Source: Minisyncoccota bacterium (GTDB lineage: Bacteria; Patescibacteriota; Minisyncoccia; Phycocordibacterales; SBAW01). From it: a DNA stretch of 64,000 nucleotides. The first letter of the stretch is position 1. Each line of letters begins with the position of its first letter. The stretch lies in assembly GCA_035510635.1 (NCBI GenBank), contig DATKGU010000003.1, forward strand, positions 662-64,661, written 5' to 3'. Below are positions 45,512 through 55,236 of this stretch, one piece after another. A program made the translations under genes and the position numbers. The notes under the pieces are model-generated. The model worked only from the letters and a program-made list of their open reading frames with translations, ran no database searches and was not told where the DNA came from.

Positions 45512-46420
45512 TTAAAGCCAACCCTTGCGCTTGAAATATACAAAAAATACGGCCGCAAGCAAAACCATGAAGCCGGTAATGATCCAAAAGTCGCCTGGCG
45601 TGCCGAGGATTGGCGTGTAATGCGTGTTCATTTGGAAGAGGCTTGCCACGAAGGAAAGCGGCAAAAAGAGAAACGCAATGACAGTAAACATCTTCATGAC
45701 CTCGTTTTGCTTGGTCGAGAGGAGCGAGTTGTTGGTCTCACGCAGCTCCACGAGCGACTCACGCAAGTGCTCCACCGCGTGGCTCACGCGCTCATACTCG
45801 CCCTCAACATTATGCACATAATACAAAAACTCCTGGCCAAACATCTGCGTCCCGGCCGACTCAAGCGAGCGGAGCATCTCGCGGTGCGGCAGCAAAATCT
45901 GCCTAAAGTCGTAGATGACACGGCCGGTTTTGCTTATCTGCAAGACCATCGTGCGTTCTTTGCCGTCAAAAATGCGGTCTTCAATATCGGTTAAATGCTT
46001 TTCGATAATGTCGCACTCGTTGACAAGCGCCCGATAGAGGCTCGTGACCATCGCCACAAACACATGGCCTCCATGTATGGCGCTTGGCTGTCCGAGCACG
46101 CTATTGACCTCAAATACTTTTGCAAACGAGTGCAAGTGGTCGGTGGCTGCGTAGCGTGCGGTAATTAAAAAGTTCTTCCCGACGATAAAGTCTATCTCTT
46201 GCGTCGGGCGCTCGTTGAGGCCGCGCAAAATAGGGAAGTGGAGTATCACATACAACTGCTCGCCGTGGCGCTCCACCTTGGGTTTGTAGGAAGGCATGAG
46301 CAATTCCTCGGCAATGAGCGGGTCGATTGCAAACTCCTGCATGATTTGGCGCACCTCGGCCGGGGTGGGAGAGACAAGGTCTATCCACGTTAAGTTGCGC
46401 TGCGCATATCGCGTGAGCAT
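45512..46420 (-). CDS. corA: CorA-family divalent cation transporter with QMN in place of the canonical GMN motif (start at MLTRYAQ).
   Basis: Two C-terminal TM helices, motif LFQMNTHYTPILG at the first TM end; N-terminal cytoplasmic domain. Confidence 0.75.
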   Translation of the reverse strand: MLTRYAQRNLTWIDLVSPTPAEVRQIMQEFAIDPLIAEELLMPSYKPKVERHGEQLYVILHFPILRGLNERPTQEIDFIVGKNFLITARYAATDHLHSFAKVFEVNSVLGQPSAIHGGHVFVAMVTSLYRALVNECDIIEKHLTDIEDRIFDGKERTMVLQISKTGRVIYDFRQILLPHREMLRSLESAGTQMFGQEFLYYVHNVEGEYERVSHAVEHLRESLVELRETNNSLLSTKQNEVMKMFTVIAFLFLPLSFVASLFQMNTHYTPILGTPGDFWIITGFMVLLAAVFFVYFKRKGWL

Positions 46421-46463
46421 ATTGCCAAGTATAACACCCCCTATGCTATACTTAGTGTTAATT

Positions 46464-47729
46464 ATGAACACACCGCGCATGAAGGTTGCCGTTCTTTTTT
46501 TGGTAGTTGCAATAGCGTTTGGAGCAGGAGTGTTTGCGGGCGTCGGTGAGCGTGTGGGTAATGTTGTATTTGCACAACAAACAGCGTCGAGCACGGCACC
46601 ATCGCTCGACATCTCGGTTTTTAATGCGGCATCACAGCCTAAAGATGTGGACATGTCGCAGTTTTGGGAGGCATACAGTTTGCTCCAGCAAAACTTTGTC
46701 GAGACGCATGCTTCGGGCACCATCCCCACCACGCAAGAAAAACTATATGGCGCGATATCGGGCCTCGCCGCAAGCTACGGCGACCCGTACACCGTGTTTT
46801 TCCCGCCGCAACAAGCCTCTATCTTTGAGTCGCAGGTAAGCGGCAGCTTTGCGGGCGTTGGTATGGAGATGAATCAGGATGACAGTGGCAATATTGTCGT
46901 CACCGCGCCACTCAAAGGTTCTCCAGCCGAGAAGGCGGGTATGCAGAGCGGCGATGTCGTTACGAGTATCGACGCCACCTCCACGGCAGGCATGAGCATC
47001 GACGAGGCCGTCGCACTCATCCGCGGGCCGATTGGCACCACGGTTACACTCACCGTCGCGCGCCAAGGCGTCACGGCACCTATCGTGATACCTATCGTGC
47101 GCGACACCATTAATATCCCCGAAATAAATTCTTATCAACGCCCCGACGGCATCTATGTCATCCAGCTTTACACCTTTACCGCCAACTCGGCCGACCTCTT
47201 CCGCGATGCTTTGCGGCAATATATGCAAACCGGCGACACGAGGCTCATCTTTGACTTGCGCGGCAATCCGGGCGGTTACCTTGAGGCGGCAGTGGAGATG
47301 GCAAGCTACTTCCTCCCCGCGGGCGACGTGGTGGTCACGGAGGACTTTAAAGGCACGCAGCCAAATATCATCAACCGCTCGCTCGGCTACAATGTGTTTG
47401 CCGGCAAAAAACTTTCGATGGCAATATTGGTTGACCAAAACTCGGCCTCCGCTTCCGAAATCTTCTCGGGTGCCTTGCAACAGCATGGCGTGGCAAAACT
47501 CGTGGGCACGCGCACCTTTGGCAAAGGCTCGGTGCAACAGGTGATGGACTTGGGCGGCGGCGCGGAGCTTAAAGTCACCATTGCGCGCTGGCTCACGCCA
47601 AACGGCACCTCTATCAGCGACGGCGGTCTGCAGCCCGACATTGCCGCATCCTCAACCACTGCCGATGACCTCAAAGCAGGCAAAGACCCAACCATGGACG
47701 CCGCAGCGTCGTGGCTCATGACGCAGTAG
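46464..47729 (+). CDS. ctpA: Carboxyl-terminal processing protease (S41 family, CtpA/Prc-like) with PDZ domain.
   Basis: Signal/TM N-terminus, PDZ (GDVVTSID), GGYLEAAVEMASYF..., catalytic Ser region NSASASE, RTFGKGSVQ. Confidence 0.85.
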   Translation: MNTPRMKVAVLFLVVAIAFGAGVFAGVGERVGNVVFAQQTASSTAPSLDISVFNAASQPKDVDMSQFWEAYSLLQQNFVETHASGTIPTTQEKLYGAISGLAASYGDPYTVFFPPQQASIFESQVSGSFAGVGMEMNQDDSGNIVVTAPLKGSPAEKAGMQSGDVVTSIDATSTAGMSIDEAVALIRGPIGTTVTLTVARQGVTAPIVIPIVRDTINIPEINSYQRPDGIYVIQLYTFTANSADLFRDALRQYMQTGDTRLIFDLRGNPGGYLEAAVEMASYFLPAGDVVVTEDFKGTQPNIINRSLGYNVFAGKKLSMAILVDQNSASASEIFSGALQQHGVAKLVGTRTFGKGSVQQVMDLGGGAELKVTIARWLTPNGTSISDGGLQPDIAASSTTADDLKAGKDPTMDAAASWLMTQ

Positions 47730-47755
47730 CACAAGTTTGGTAAGCTACATTCACT

Positions 47756-48202
47756 ATGAAAGTAATATTCCTCAAGGATGTGCGCAGGGTGGGCCAGCAT
47801 GGCGAAATTAAAAACGTTGCCGACGGCTACGCAGCCAACTTTCTTTTCCCCAACAAATTGGCCGAGCCGGCCACCGAGGCAAAAATAGCGCAGTTTGAGA
47901 AGCAAAAGCAGGCGCACGCGGCCGAGCTCGCACAAGCAGAGGAGCAGCAAGACAAAAAAGTGGCGAGCCTACGCGGCAAAAAAGTTACCATAAGCGCGCG
48001 TGCCACAGAGAAAGGCGGCCTCTTTAAAGCAATCACCGCCAAAGATGTTGCCAAAGCAATTTTGGGCGAGCATAGCCTCGAGATAAGTGAGGACATGCTG
48101 CACGTGAGCGACCCCATAAAAACCGTAGGCGAGCACAAAGTCGTCGTTCAATCAAAAAACCAAAAAGCCGAGCTTGTAGTCCTCATCACCGCCGGTATTT
48201 AA
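47756..48202 (+). CDS. rplI: 50S ribosomal protein L9.
   Basis: [32 protein letters not shown]... Confidence 0.9.
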   Translation: MKVIFLKDVRRVGQHGEIKNVADGYAANFLFPNKLAEPATEAKIAQFEKQKQAHAAELAQAEEQQDKKVASLRGKKVTISARATEKGGLFKAITAKDVAKAILGEHSLEISEDMLHVSDPIKTVGEHKVVVQSKNQKAELVVLITAGI

Positions 48203-48226
48203 TTTGTGTGCTATCATGGCTGCCAT

Positions 48227-48385
48227 ATGGATACATTAACTATCATTAGTTTGTTGTCACCTATAGTGTTGGGATGTTTTGTCATTTTTCATGGGTTTAA
48301 AAATATTAAAAAACCTTCAGATAAAAAGTGGTGGATATTGGCTGGGCTTATTATGATAATTGGAAGTATTTTGTTTAATAGGTAA
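48227..48385 (+). CDS. Hypothetical 52-aa two-helix hydrophobic peptide in an AT-rich insert.
   Basis: Hand-translated MDTLTIISLLSPIVLGCFVIFHGFKNIKKPSDKKWWILAGLIMIIGSILFNR. Local GC far below flanks; not in the ORF track (<60 aa). Confidence 0.3.
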   Translation: MDTLTIISLLSPIVLGCFVIFHGFKNIKKPSDKKWWILAGLIMIIGSILFNR

Positions 48386-48500
48386 GTGTGCTTCTAAATA
48401 TATAGGTCGGACCTATGGGTGGCTTGCTAAATAGCTAGATTTCAGGTATATTATAGATAACGGAGCGGGTTCGCCCGCCTTTTTCGTTACAGAGGGGAGT

Positions 48501-50330
48501 TTGGAGAATAAAAATCAAAGTATGGAAATACGCAACATTGCTATTATCGCGCACGTGGACCATGGGAAGACAACGCTCACGGATGCTTTGATGCGCCAAA
48601 CTGGCGTTGCCGAGGAGGGTGTCTCGATGGACTCCAACGCGCTCGAGCTTGAGCGCGGCATCACCATCTACTCCAAAAACGCCGCCATTTTTTATCCGCC
48701 GGCCAACTCCGGCCGCGAGGTCACCAAAATAAATCTTGTGGACACCCCAGGCCATGCCGACTTTGGCTCCGAGGTTGAGCGCGTGTTGCGCTCTATCGAC
48801 TCGGTGCTTTTGGTAGTTGATGCGCAAGAGGGCCCGATGCCGCAAACGCGCTTTGTGCTCAAAAAGTCGCTTGAGCTCGGCCTCAAGCCCATGGTCGTGA
48901 TTAACAAAATCGACAAGCCAGCCGCCGACCCGGCGCGCGCCGAGGAGCAAGTGCTCGAGCTCTTTTTGGAGCTCGGCGCCTCCGAAGAGCAAGCCAACTT
49001 CCCGGTGGTGTACTCTATTGGCCGCCAAGGCATTGCAAAAAAACATCTTGATGATGACTCTAAAGACCTCACGCCTTTGCTTGAGATGATTTTGGCGCAT
49101 GTGCCGCCGGCCGGGAAAGGTATGGAAACATTACCGCTCCGCGCCCAGCCGTTTAACTTGGGGTACGACAACTTTTTGGGCCGCTTGGCGGTGGTGCGTG
49201 TCTACGAAGGCAGTTTAACAACTGGCCAAGCCGTGTTTGAACGCACACCAGATGGCGAGACGCGCGCGGGCAAGGTTATTAAAATATTTACATTTAAAGG
49301 ACTCCAAAAAGAGGAGGCCGAGAGCGTTGGCGCGGGCGACATTGCGCTTGTGGCAGGCCTTCCAAAGATTTTTATCGGCGAAACAATTGCCGACTCCGCC
49401 GAGGCGGAACCTTTGCCAGCGATTGCCATCGACGAGCCCACCATCACGCTCAACTTTTTGGTCAACAACTCGCCGTTTGCGGGCCGCGAGGGCAAGTATG
49501 TGACCTCGCGCCAAATCCGCGCGCGCCTCGAGAAGGAGCTTGAAATAAACGTCGGGCTCCGCATCGACTTTAGCGACGACTCGGCCTACAAAGTCTCCGG
49601 CCGCGGCGAGCTCCACATTGCCATCTTGCTCGAAAACATGCGTCGCGAGGGTTACGAGATGCAAGTGTCTCAGCCGCAAGTTATCTTCCAAGAAATCAAC
49701 GGCACCAAGTGCGAGCCGTTTGAGGAGGTTATCATCGACACGCCAAGCGAGTTCCAGGGCGCCATCATTGAGCGCCTCGGTATGCGCAAGTTTGTTATGA
49801 AGGACATGCAGCTCCACGCGGGCACCGTGCGCATCCTTTTTGAGGGCCCAACACGCGGACTCCTCGGCTATCGCAACCAATTTGTGCTCGACACCAAAGG
49901 CATGGGCATCCTCTCCTCGCGTTTTGTCGAGTTCCGCCCCTACGCCGGCGAGATAGTAAAACGCGTGGCAGGTTCGATGACTTCGATGATTGCCGGCAAG
50001 ACGCTCGGCTTCTCGCTAGCGAACCTCCAAGACCGCGGCGTGCTCTACATCAAACCCGCCGAGGAGGTGTATGAGGGCCAAGTGATAGGCAACACCTCCA
50101 AGGGCGATGAGATGTCGGTAAACCCCACCAAAGGCAAACAGCTCACCAACATGCGCGCATCGGGCACCGACGAGGCGCTCAACCTTATACCGCCGTTTAC
50201 ACTCACCATCGAGCGCGGGCTCGAAATCATGGCCGACGATGAATATTTGGAAATCACCCCCAAGAGTGTGCGTCTACGCAAAAAGTTTTTGACCGAGTCC
50301 GCTCGCGTTAAATCTAAAAATAAAGCGTAA
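48501..50330 (+). CDS. typA: Translational GTPase TypA/BipA (likely start MEIRNIAII at 48522).
   Basis: G-domain [22 protein letters not shown]; full-length BipA similarity. Confidence 0.9.
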   Translation: MENKNQSMEIRNIAIIAHVDHGKTTLTDALMRQTGVAEEGVSMDSNALELERGITIYSKNAAIFYPPANSGREVTKINLVDTPGHADFGSEVERVLRSIDSVLLVVDAQEGPMPQTRFVLKKSLELGLKPMVVINKIDKPAADPARAEEQVLELFLELGASEEQANFPVVYSIGRQGIAKKHLDDDSKDLTPLLEMILAHVPPAGKGMETLPLRAQPFNLGYDNFLGRLAVVRVYEGSLTTGQAVFERTPDGETRAGKVIKIFTFKGLQKEEAESVGAGDIALVAGLPKIFIGETIADSAEAEPLPAIAIDEPTITLNFLVNNSPFAGREGKYVTSRQIRARLEKELEINVGLRIDFSDDSAYKVSGRGELHIAILLENMRREGYEMQVSQPQVIFQEINGTKCEPFEEVIIDTPSEFQGAIIERLGMRKFVMKDMQLHAGTVRILFEGPTRGLLGYRNQFVLDTKGMGILSSRFVEFRPYAGEIVKRVAGSMTSMIAGKTLGFSLANLQDRGVLYIKPAEEVYEGQVIGNTSKGDEMSVNPTKGKQLTNMRASGTDEALNLIPPFTLTIERGLEIMADDEYLEITPKSVRLRKKFLTESARVKSKNKA

Positions 50331-50335
50331 AAAAA

Positions 50336-50617
50336 TTACCGGGCGTCGACGACGTCTACGGCTGAGCGCACCTTTGTTTTGCCCGTAAAGTCGGTTTTGC
50401 GTACATCGCGAAAGGCTACAAAGCCCGGCTTGAGTGCGAAGATAGTGTGGTCTTTGCCAAGGCCGACGTTTTTGCCCGGGAGCATGGCAGTACCGCGCTG
50501 GCGGACAATAATGTCGCCAATTTTGGCTGCCTCACCGGCAAAGAGCTTAACGCCAAGATATTTTGGCTGTGAGGTATTGAGGTTTTTAGTTGATCCGCCC
50601 GCTTTTTTATGTGCCAT
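50336..50617 (-). CDS. rpmA: 50S ribosomal protein L27.
   Basis: [12 protein letters not shown]... canonical L27 N-terminus. Confidence 0.9.
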   Translation of the reverse strand: MAHKKAGGSTKNLNTSQPKYLGVKLFAGEAAKIGDIIVRQRGTAMLPGKNVGLGKDHTIFALKPGFVAFRDVRKTDFTGKTKVRSAVDVVDAR

Positions 50618-50651
50618 ATAGAGGTGCTCGCATGATACCAAATAGAGGCTT

Positions 50652-51287
50652 TTGTGGCAAGTAGGGCCTATTGGCGCTATACTATGGGCATCTATGTTAG
50701 TTGTTGATGTGGAGGCAAGCGGGATTGATTATGAAAAATGCTCGATTATAAGCGTCGGAGCAATCGACCTAGATAATCCCCAAAAGCAGCTTTATGAAGA
50801 ATGTCGTATCTGGGACGGCGCCCATATAGAGGAGGGCGCCTCGGCGGTGCACGGGCTTTCTGATGCAGAACTCACCGACCCCAAAAAGCAGACCGAGGCC
50901 GACCTGACCCATAAGTTCAAAGCATTTGCCGAGACGGTAAATGATCGGACGCTGGCGGGCCAAAACGTGTCTTTTGACCGCGACTTTTTGAAGGCTGCTG
51001 CTAAGCGTGCCGGCCACACTGACTGGCCGTTTGCCCATCGCACCATCGACACACACACGCTGTGCTACATGCATATGGTTAAAAGGGGAGTTAAGCCGCC
51101 GTTTGATGAGGAGAACCACCGTTCGGCCTTAAATTTGGACGCAGTCTTAAACTACTGCGGTATCCCCGAGGAGCCTAAGCCTCACAACGCGCTCACGGGT
51201 GCTAAAAGCCACGCCGAGGTTATATCGCGCCTGCTATACGATAAAAAGCTCCTTCCGGAGTTTGAGCAGTTTGCGATACCTTGGTAG
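50652..51287 (+). CDS. DEDDh 3'-5' exonuclease (DnaQ/RNase T-like).
   Basis: Exo I VVDVEASG, Exo II SFDRDFL, Exo III H...D region. Confidence 0.7.
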   Translation: MWQVGPIGAILWASMLVVDVEASGIDYEKCSIISVGAIDLDNPQKQLYEECRIWDGAHIEEGASAVHGLSDAELTDPKKQTEADLTHKFKAFAETVNDRTLAGQNVSFDRDFLKAAAKRAGHTDWPFAHRTIDTHTLCYMHMVKRGVKPPFDEENHRSALNLDAVLNYCGIPEEPKPHNALTGAKSHAEVISRLLYDKKLLPEFEQFAIPW

Positions 51288-51309
51288 CATAGGAAAATCA
51301 GTTAAAAAA

Positions 51310-51380
51310 CGGGCCGTAGTATACCGGCAGTACACATGCATGGGGTGCATGTAGACCGGGTTCAATTCCCGGCGGCCCGA
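51310..51380 (+). tRNA. tRNA-Pro(GGG).
   Basis: Acceptor CGGGCCG/CGGCCCG, D-arm GTAT-ACCGGCA-GTAC, anticodon arm CATGC-ATGGGGT-GCATG, T-arm CCGGG-TTCAATT-CCCGG, discriminator A. Confidence 0.8.
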
Positions 51381-51584
51381 CATGATACAGAGTTGCCATA
51401 TAGTCAAAATACGTTGCAACACAAGCCTTTTAGCGTCAAATTGAACCCCCCTCTTTTTTGTCAAGCTCGGCGCTTGACCTATTGACCGATTTTGGATATC
51501 GTTATGTTGTCTTAGGCGTAGCCCCGCAGGGGGCTTTTTTGTTGCCAAGGCTTACTCATAACCACGAGCAGCTTAATTTAACTC

Positions 51585-52049
51585 ATGAATCTTACTGCCG
51601 GTCTCGTCATTGCGCTTAGCGCCGTGCTTGGAGGTACCACTCCGGCATCGGCCTCCGCGGTCATACCGCCAGTCCCTCAGCCTCAGACGGTTGAGCAATA
51701 TGTAGAATCGTACTTTGCCGATGAGCCTATCATGGTGGCTGTGGCCGAGTGCGAGTCGCACTTTACCCAATATGATGCCGACGGCTCGGTGTATCGCGGC
51801 AAGGTCAACAATCTCGACGTGGGTGTGATGCAAATCAACGAGCACTACCACAGCACCACCGCCGCTAAGCTCGGCCTCGACCTCTATACCATCCAGGGCA
51901 ATACTGCCTACGCACAATATTTGTATCAAAAAGAAGGCACTGCGCCGTGGAGCTCATCGCGCGCATGCTGGAGCAAAAGCGCCGCTGCTAAACAGCTCGA
52001 TGCCGAGGCTAGCGCCTCGAGCACCACGCTCGCGTTGGCCAATAAATAA
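51585..52049 (+). CDS. Secreted lytic transglycosylase (SLT-domain) protein.
   Basis: Signal peptide; catalytic ES in AECESHFTQ; LDVGVMQIN motif. Confidence 0.7.
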   Translation: MNLTAGLVIALSAVLGGTTPASASAVIPPVPQPQTVEQYVESYFADEPIMVAVAECESHFTQYDADGSVYRGKVNNLDVGVMQINEHYHSTTAAKLGLDLYTIQGNTAYAQYLYQKEGTAPWSSSRACWSKSAAAKQLDAEASASSTTLALANK

Positions 52050-52481
52050 TTACCTTTTGTAGTGCCAGTCGGTGGCCCAAGAGCCTGCGCCGTAGGCTGA
52101 TATATAAAGCAAGCCGCCGACTATCGCCATGTCTTGGAGAAACAGCGCCTGGGCGGAGTTGCTGCCAAGCCCAGTGTAAAAAAACGCCACCGCAATAACA
52201 TAGAGTGCCAGCACAAGCGCCGCTTGGCTGGTTTTAAAACCCACGACAATGGCGATGCCGCAGAGCACCTCGATGAGTATCGCCACAATGGCAAAGGTGG
52301 TTGGCATGGGCGCGCCCACGTTGGCCATCGAGGCAATAGTGGTGGGAAAGTTGAGTGTCGCCTCAACGCCGCTCCAGACAAAAAATCCGCCCATGAGTAT
52401 CCGGCCAATAAGGGGAGCAAAAATATCTCCGTAGTTGTGCATGTGTATATTATAGCAGGGAACTGGCTCCCCTTTGCGCAC
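52050..52481 (-). CDS. DoxX family membrane protein.
   Basis: Four hydrophobic helices, LIGRILMGGFFVWSG N-terminus typical of DoxX. Confidence 0.7.
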   Translation of the reverse strand: MRKGEPVPCYNIHMHNYGDIFAPLIGRILMGGFFVWSGVEATLNFPTTIASMANVGAPMPTTFAIVAILIEVLCGIAIVVGFKTSQAALVLALYVIAVAFFYTGLGSNSAQALFLQDMAIVGGLLYISAYGAGSWATDWHYKR

Positions 52482-52504
52482 TATTTTAATTACTGCTAAG
52501 CTGG

Positions 52505-52679
52505 ATTAGAACTTCTTTTTAGAGCTAGGGGGAGGAGCATGGACGGGCAAGCGTCGCTAACTTGTCCGCCTCGTGAGGTAACTCCGAGGAAAGTAGGGCC
52601 TCTTGGTTCCTACCCCCTTATGACCTTGGGCCAAGAGGCCCATCAGTTTCAAGCACCGAGCAATCGGTGCTATTTTTTT
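52505..52679 (+). ncRNA. Candidate small structured RNA with its own intrinsic terminator (GCACCGA-GCAA-TCGGTGC-TATTTTTTT at 52653-52679).
   Basis: No ORF; 11-bp perfect internal helix GGGCCUCUUGG/CCAAGAGGCCC plus further stems; terminator on the plus strand although both flanking genes are on the minus strand. Confidence 0.3.
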
Positions 52680-52684
52680 AATAT

Positions 52685-53032
52685 TTATTTATGTGTTGAG
52701 GAGGTCGATTGAGCTTGGAGTGTATCTATCTTATCCAAAAGAGTATTGGCCGTACTCTGCCAATTTGAAAGTACCATTATTTCCAAAGTGCCAACCATTA
52801 CTATCAAGACTACAACAGCCGCGACAATTATAACTTTGGTATCCTTGATATCATCCTTGGCAGACCTTACTTGTTGTAGTATTTCACCCGCTTCTTTTTC
52901 TTGTTCATTAGTTTTATCGTATAGATATTGTATGTGTTCCTCTGTTGTTCTTTGTTTCCCCCCTCCGGTTAGTTGAGACTGAGCGGGGGAATTCTCCTCG
53001 GTACCTCCTCCTGGCCTCAAAGAGTTTGGCAT
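52685..53032 (-). CDS. Hypothetical membrane protein (115 aa) in an AT-rich islet.
   Basis: TM VIIVAAVVVLIVMVGTLEIMVL; low GC relative to surroundings. Confidence 0.5.
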   Translation of the reverse strand: MPNSLRPGGGTEENSPAQSQLTGGGKQRTTEEHIQYLYDKTNEQEKEAGEILQQVRSAKDDIKDTKVIIVAAVVVLIVMVGTLEIMVLSNWQSTANTLLDKIDTLQAQSTSSTHK

Positions 53033-53035
53033 ATT

Positions 53036-53470
53036 TTAATCTACTCGCACTACATTAATAAAATATCGATTTCCATCATCAAGTTTTTTCCCGTTCAACC
53101 AAACTCTTAGGTAATACTTTCCTTCCTCACTTACTTCCACTGGGCCAAATATGTTTGTAATGTCGACACCTCCAGTGATGGTTGGACCGGTCGCTGTCGT
53201 TGTTGCAATAATGTCCCCCTTTGGATTTTCAATTCGTGTTTCCACCTTAGTATCTAGTGATGCGGGTACACCTAAAAGCCTAATTAACGCGACAAAAAAT
53301 TGACTTGAGGATTTTATATCCTTTTTTAGAGTAAAAGAATCAAACACATCAATCAAACTTGTCTTTTTTGAGTCGGCATCTTTAATTGAACGCGCTGCCG
53401 TTACTATGTATGCAATGGTAGGTTCCATGTAGCTATTATAGTGAATATTAGCAGTTATTAGAAGAAGCAA
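53036..53470 (-). CDS. Hypothetical protein (144 aa) in an AT-rich islet.
   Basis: Tandem with the previous gene (3-nt gap); low GC. Confidence 0.5.
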   Translation of the reverse strand: MLLLITANIHYNSYMEPTIAYIVTAARSIKDADSKKTSLIDVFDSFTLKKDIKSSSQFFVALIRLLGVPASLDTKVETRIENPKGDIIATTTATGPTITGGVDITNIFGPVEVSEEGKYYLRVWLNGKKLDDGNRYFINVVRVD

Positions 53471-53723
53471 TAAAGCTCCCCCTCTCCTAGCCGAGATTTT
53501 TAGTGGGGAAGGGGCTATTTATCAATGCAGGCTTCGCGGCCTTAGATTTGGCTCTATTTTGGACCGGCACGGTTTGGGGGAGGAATATACTCAGGATACT
53601 TATCACAAAGATATCCCGCGGGCCTTTATGGAGGGGAATAAGAGGGGTAAATAGCTCAAGGCTCGGTGTCGTCTTTTTATATTCTTTTGCTCCCATCCTC
53701 ACGAATGGGTCGCAAAAGGTATA

Positions 53724-54446
53724 TTGTGCGACGCATATACTATCACGCAGGCTGGGTACGCATGCCATAATGATTGTATGAGATATCGTGCTCAACTTGA
53801 CCCCCTGCTCTCCCCCGCGGAGCGGCGGCTACTTTTACAGCTCTCAACGCCAAACAAGATACAAGACTTTTTAGACTCCTTCCCTGTTAATTTTTCGGCA
53901 ATAGGGGAGCCGGTGCAATCGCCGCGGCAAGTTATCAAAAATAAACGGGCACATTGCATCGAGGCGGCAATAGTGGCTGCCGCTTCCCTCGCCTATCATG
54001 GCAGGGAGGCCTTGTTGCTCGACTTGCAGGCAAACGATGAGGACGAGGACCACGTGGTGGCACTTTTTAAAGAACATAATTTATGGGGCGCGATAAGCAA
54101 GACCAATCATCCGCAACTGCGCTGGCGCGACCCGGTGTACAAAAGTGTGCGCGAGCTCGCGATGTCATACTTCCACGAATATTTTTTGTGGGACACCTCG
54201 CACAATAAAAAAAAGGTGAGCGTCGCGCGCAAAGGCGTTAAAACCCTGCGCGCCTACTCGGCGCCGTTTAACGTGATGCGGTATAAACCCGCCAAGTGGT
54301 GGACAGCGGGCGATTTAGACTGGCTCGCCGAAGAGCTCGACAGTTCGCGTCACTTCCCTGTTGCACCAAAATTGGCGATTAAAAAATTGCGTAAAGTGAG
54401 CAACGTTGAGATTAAAGCCGCTGCGCTTACCGAGTGGCCGCACTAA
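53724..54446 (+). CDS. Transglutaminase-like cysteine peptidase superfamily protein.
   Basis: RAHCIEAAIVAAASLAYHGREALL (Cys ... GIPAR-like) and downstream DHVVALF (His) resemble the transglutaminase core. Confidence 0.45.
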   Translation: MCDAYTITQAGYACHNDCMRYRAQLDPLLSPAERRLLLQLSTPNKIQDFLDSFPVNFSAIGEPVQSPRQVIKNKRAHCIEAAIVAAASLAYHGREALLLDLQANDEDEDHVVALFKEHNLWGAISKTNHPQLRWRDPVYKSVRELAMSYFHEYFLWDTSHNKKKVSVARKGVKTLRAYSAPFNVMRYKPAKWWTAGDLDWLAEELDSSRHFPVAPKLAIKKLRKVSNVEIKAAALTEWPH

Positions 54447-54458
54447 AAATTTGTTTAA

Positions 54459-55232
54459 CTAATTTTTGTAGCCAAACCCTTTTTTAAATATCCACGTAAG
54501 GATGGCGACAAAAACCGCCATACAGCCAAAGAGTACCGCAAAGCAGATGCCGATATTGATGTCTGACACGCCCAAAAAGCCGTATCGAAAGGCGTTGACC
54601 ATGTAGAGTATGGGGTTAAAGAGCGACACGGTTTGCCAAAAAGGGCTAAATTGCTGTATTGAGTAAAAGATGCCGCCAAGGTAGGTGAGCGGCGTGAGTA
54701 CAAAGGTGGGCACGATGGAGATGCCGTCAAAACCTTTGGCAAACACGCCGTTGATAAGCCCTCCCAAACTAAACACCACCGAGGTGAGGATAACCGCGAG
54801 CAGTAGCACGGCAACATTGTAGATGGCAAAGTGCGTGAAAAAGAGCGAGACAAGGAGCACCAATACGCCAACGATGAGCCCGCGCATCACTCCCCCGCTC
54901 ATGTAGCCAAGTATTACTACCCAGCTTGGCATCGGTGATACGGACATTTCGTCGAGCGTTTTTGTCCATTTTGCAAAGTAAAAGGTGGAGACGGTGTTCA
55001 TGTAGCTCGAGGTAATGACCGACATCATGATGAGGCCCGGCACGATAAACTGGATGTACTCGAAGCCGTGTATAGGCGCCAGCTGCGAGCCGATAAATTT
55101 GCCAAAGACGACAAAATAGAGCGACGTGGTGACCACCGGCGGCAGGAGCGTTTGCGACCATATGCGCACAATGCGCACAAACTCGTTGCGTATCATCGTG
55201 TAGTAAGCTATTGAGATTTTTTGTGGTGTCAT
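54459..55232 (-). CDS. ABC-2 type transporter permease.
   Basis: Six TM helices; start at MTPQKISIAYY 4 nt after the ATPase stop. Confidence 0.75.
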   Translation of the reverse strand: MTPQKISIAYYTMIRNEFVRIVRIWSQTLLPPVVTTSLYFVVFGKFIGSQLAPIHGFEYIQFIVPGLIMMSVITSSYMNTVSTFYFAKWTKTLDEMSVSPMPSWVVILGYMSGGVMRGLIVGVLVLLVSLFFTHFAIYNVAVLLLAVILTSVVFSLGGLINGVFAKGFDGISIVPTFVLTPLTYLGGIFYSIQQFSPFWQTVSLFNPILYMVNAFRYGFLGVSDINIGICFAVLFGCMAVFVAILTWIFKKGFGYKN

Positions 55233-55236
55233 AAGG

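Noticed and set aside
46743-47537. 264-aa minus-strand ORF
   Set aside because: Antisense to the S41 protease gene.
48435-49880. Minus-strand ORFs (221, 159, 221 aa) across typA
   Set aside because: Antisense to TypA/BipA with clear GTPase motifs.
52505-52679. SRP (4.5S) RNA identity for the candidate sRNA
   Set aside because: Only a weak resemblance (CCGAGGAAAGUAGG vs CCGGAAGGAAGCAGC) and no long end-to-end hairpin, so left as unclassified.
53487-53795. 102-aa minus-strand ORF
   Set aside because: Lies in the promoter region between the AT-rich islet and the transglutaminase-like gene, overlapping the latter's start; no support.
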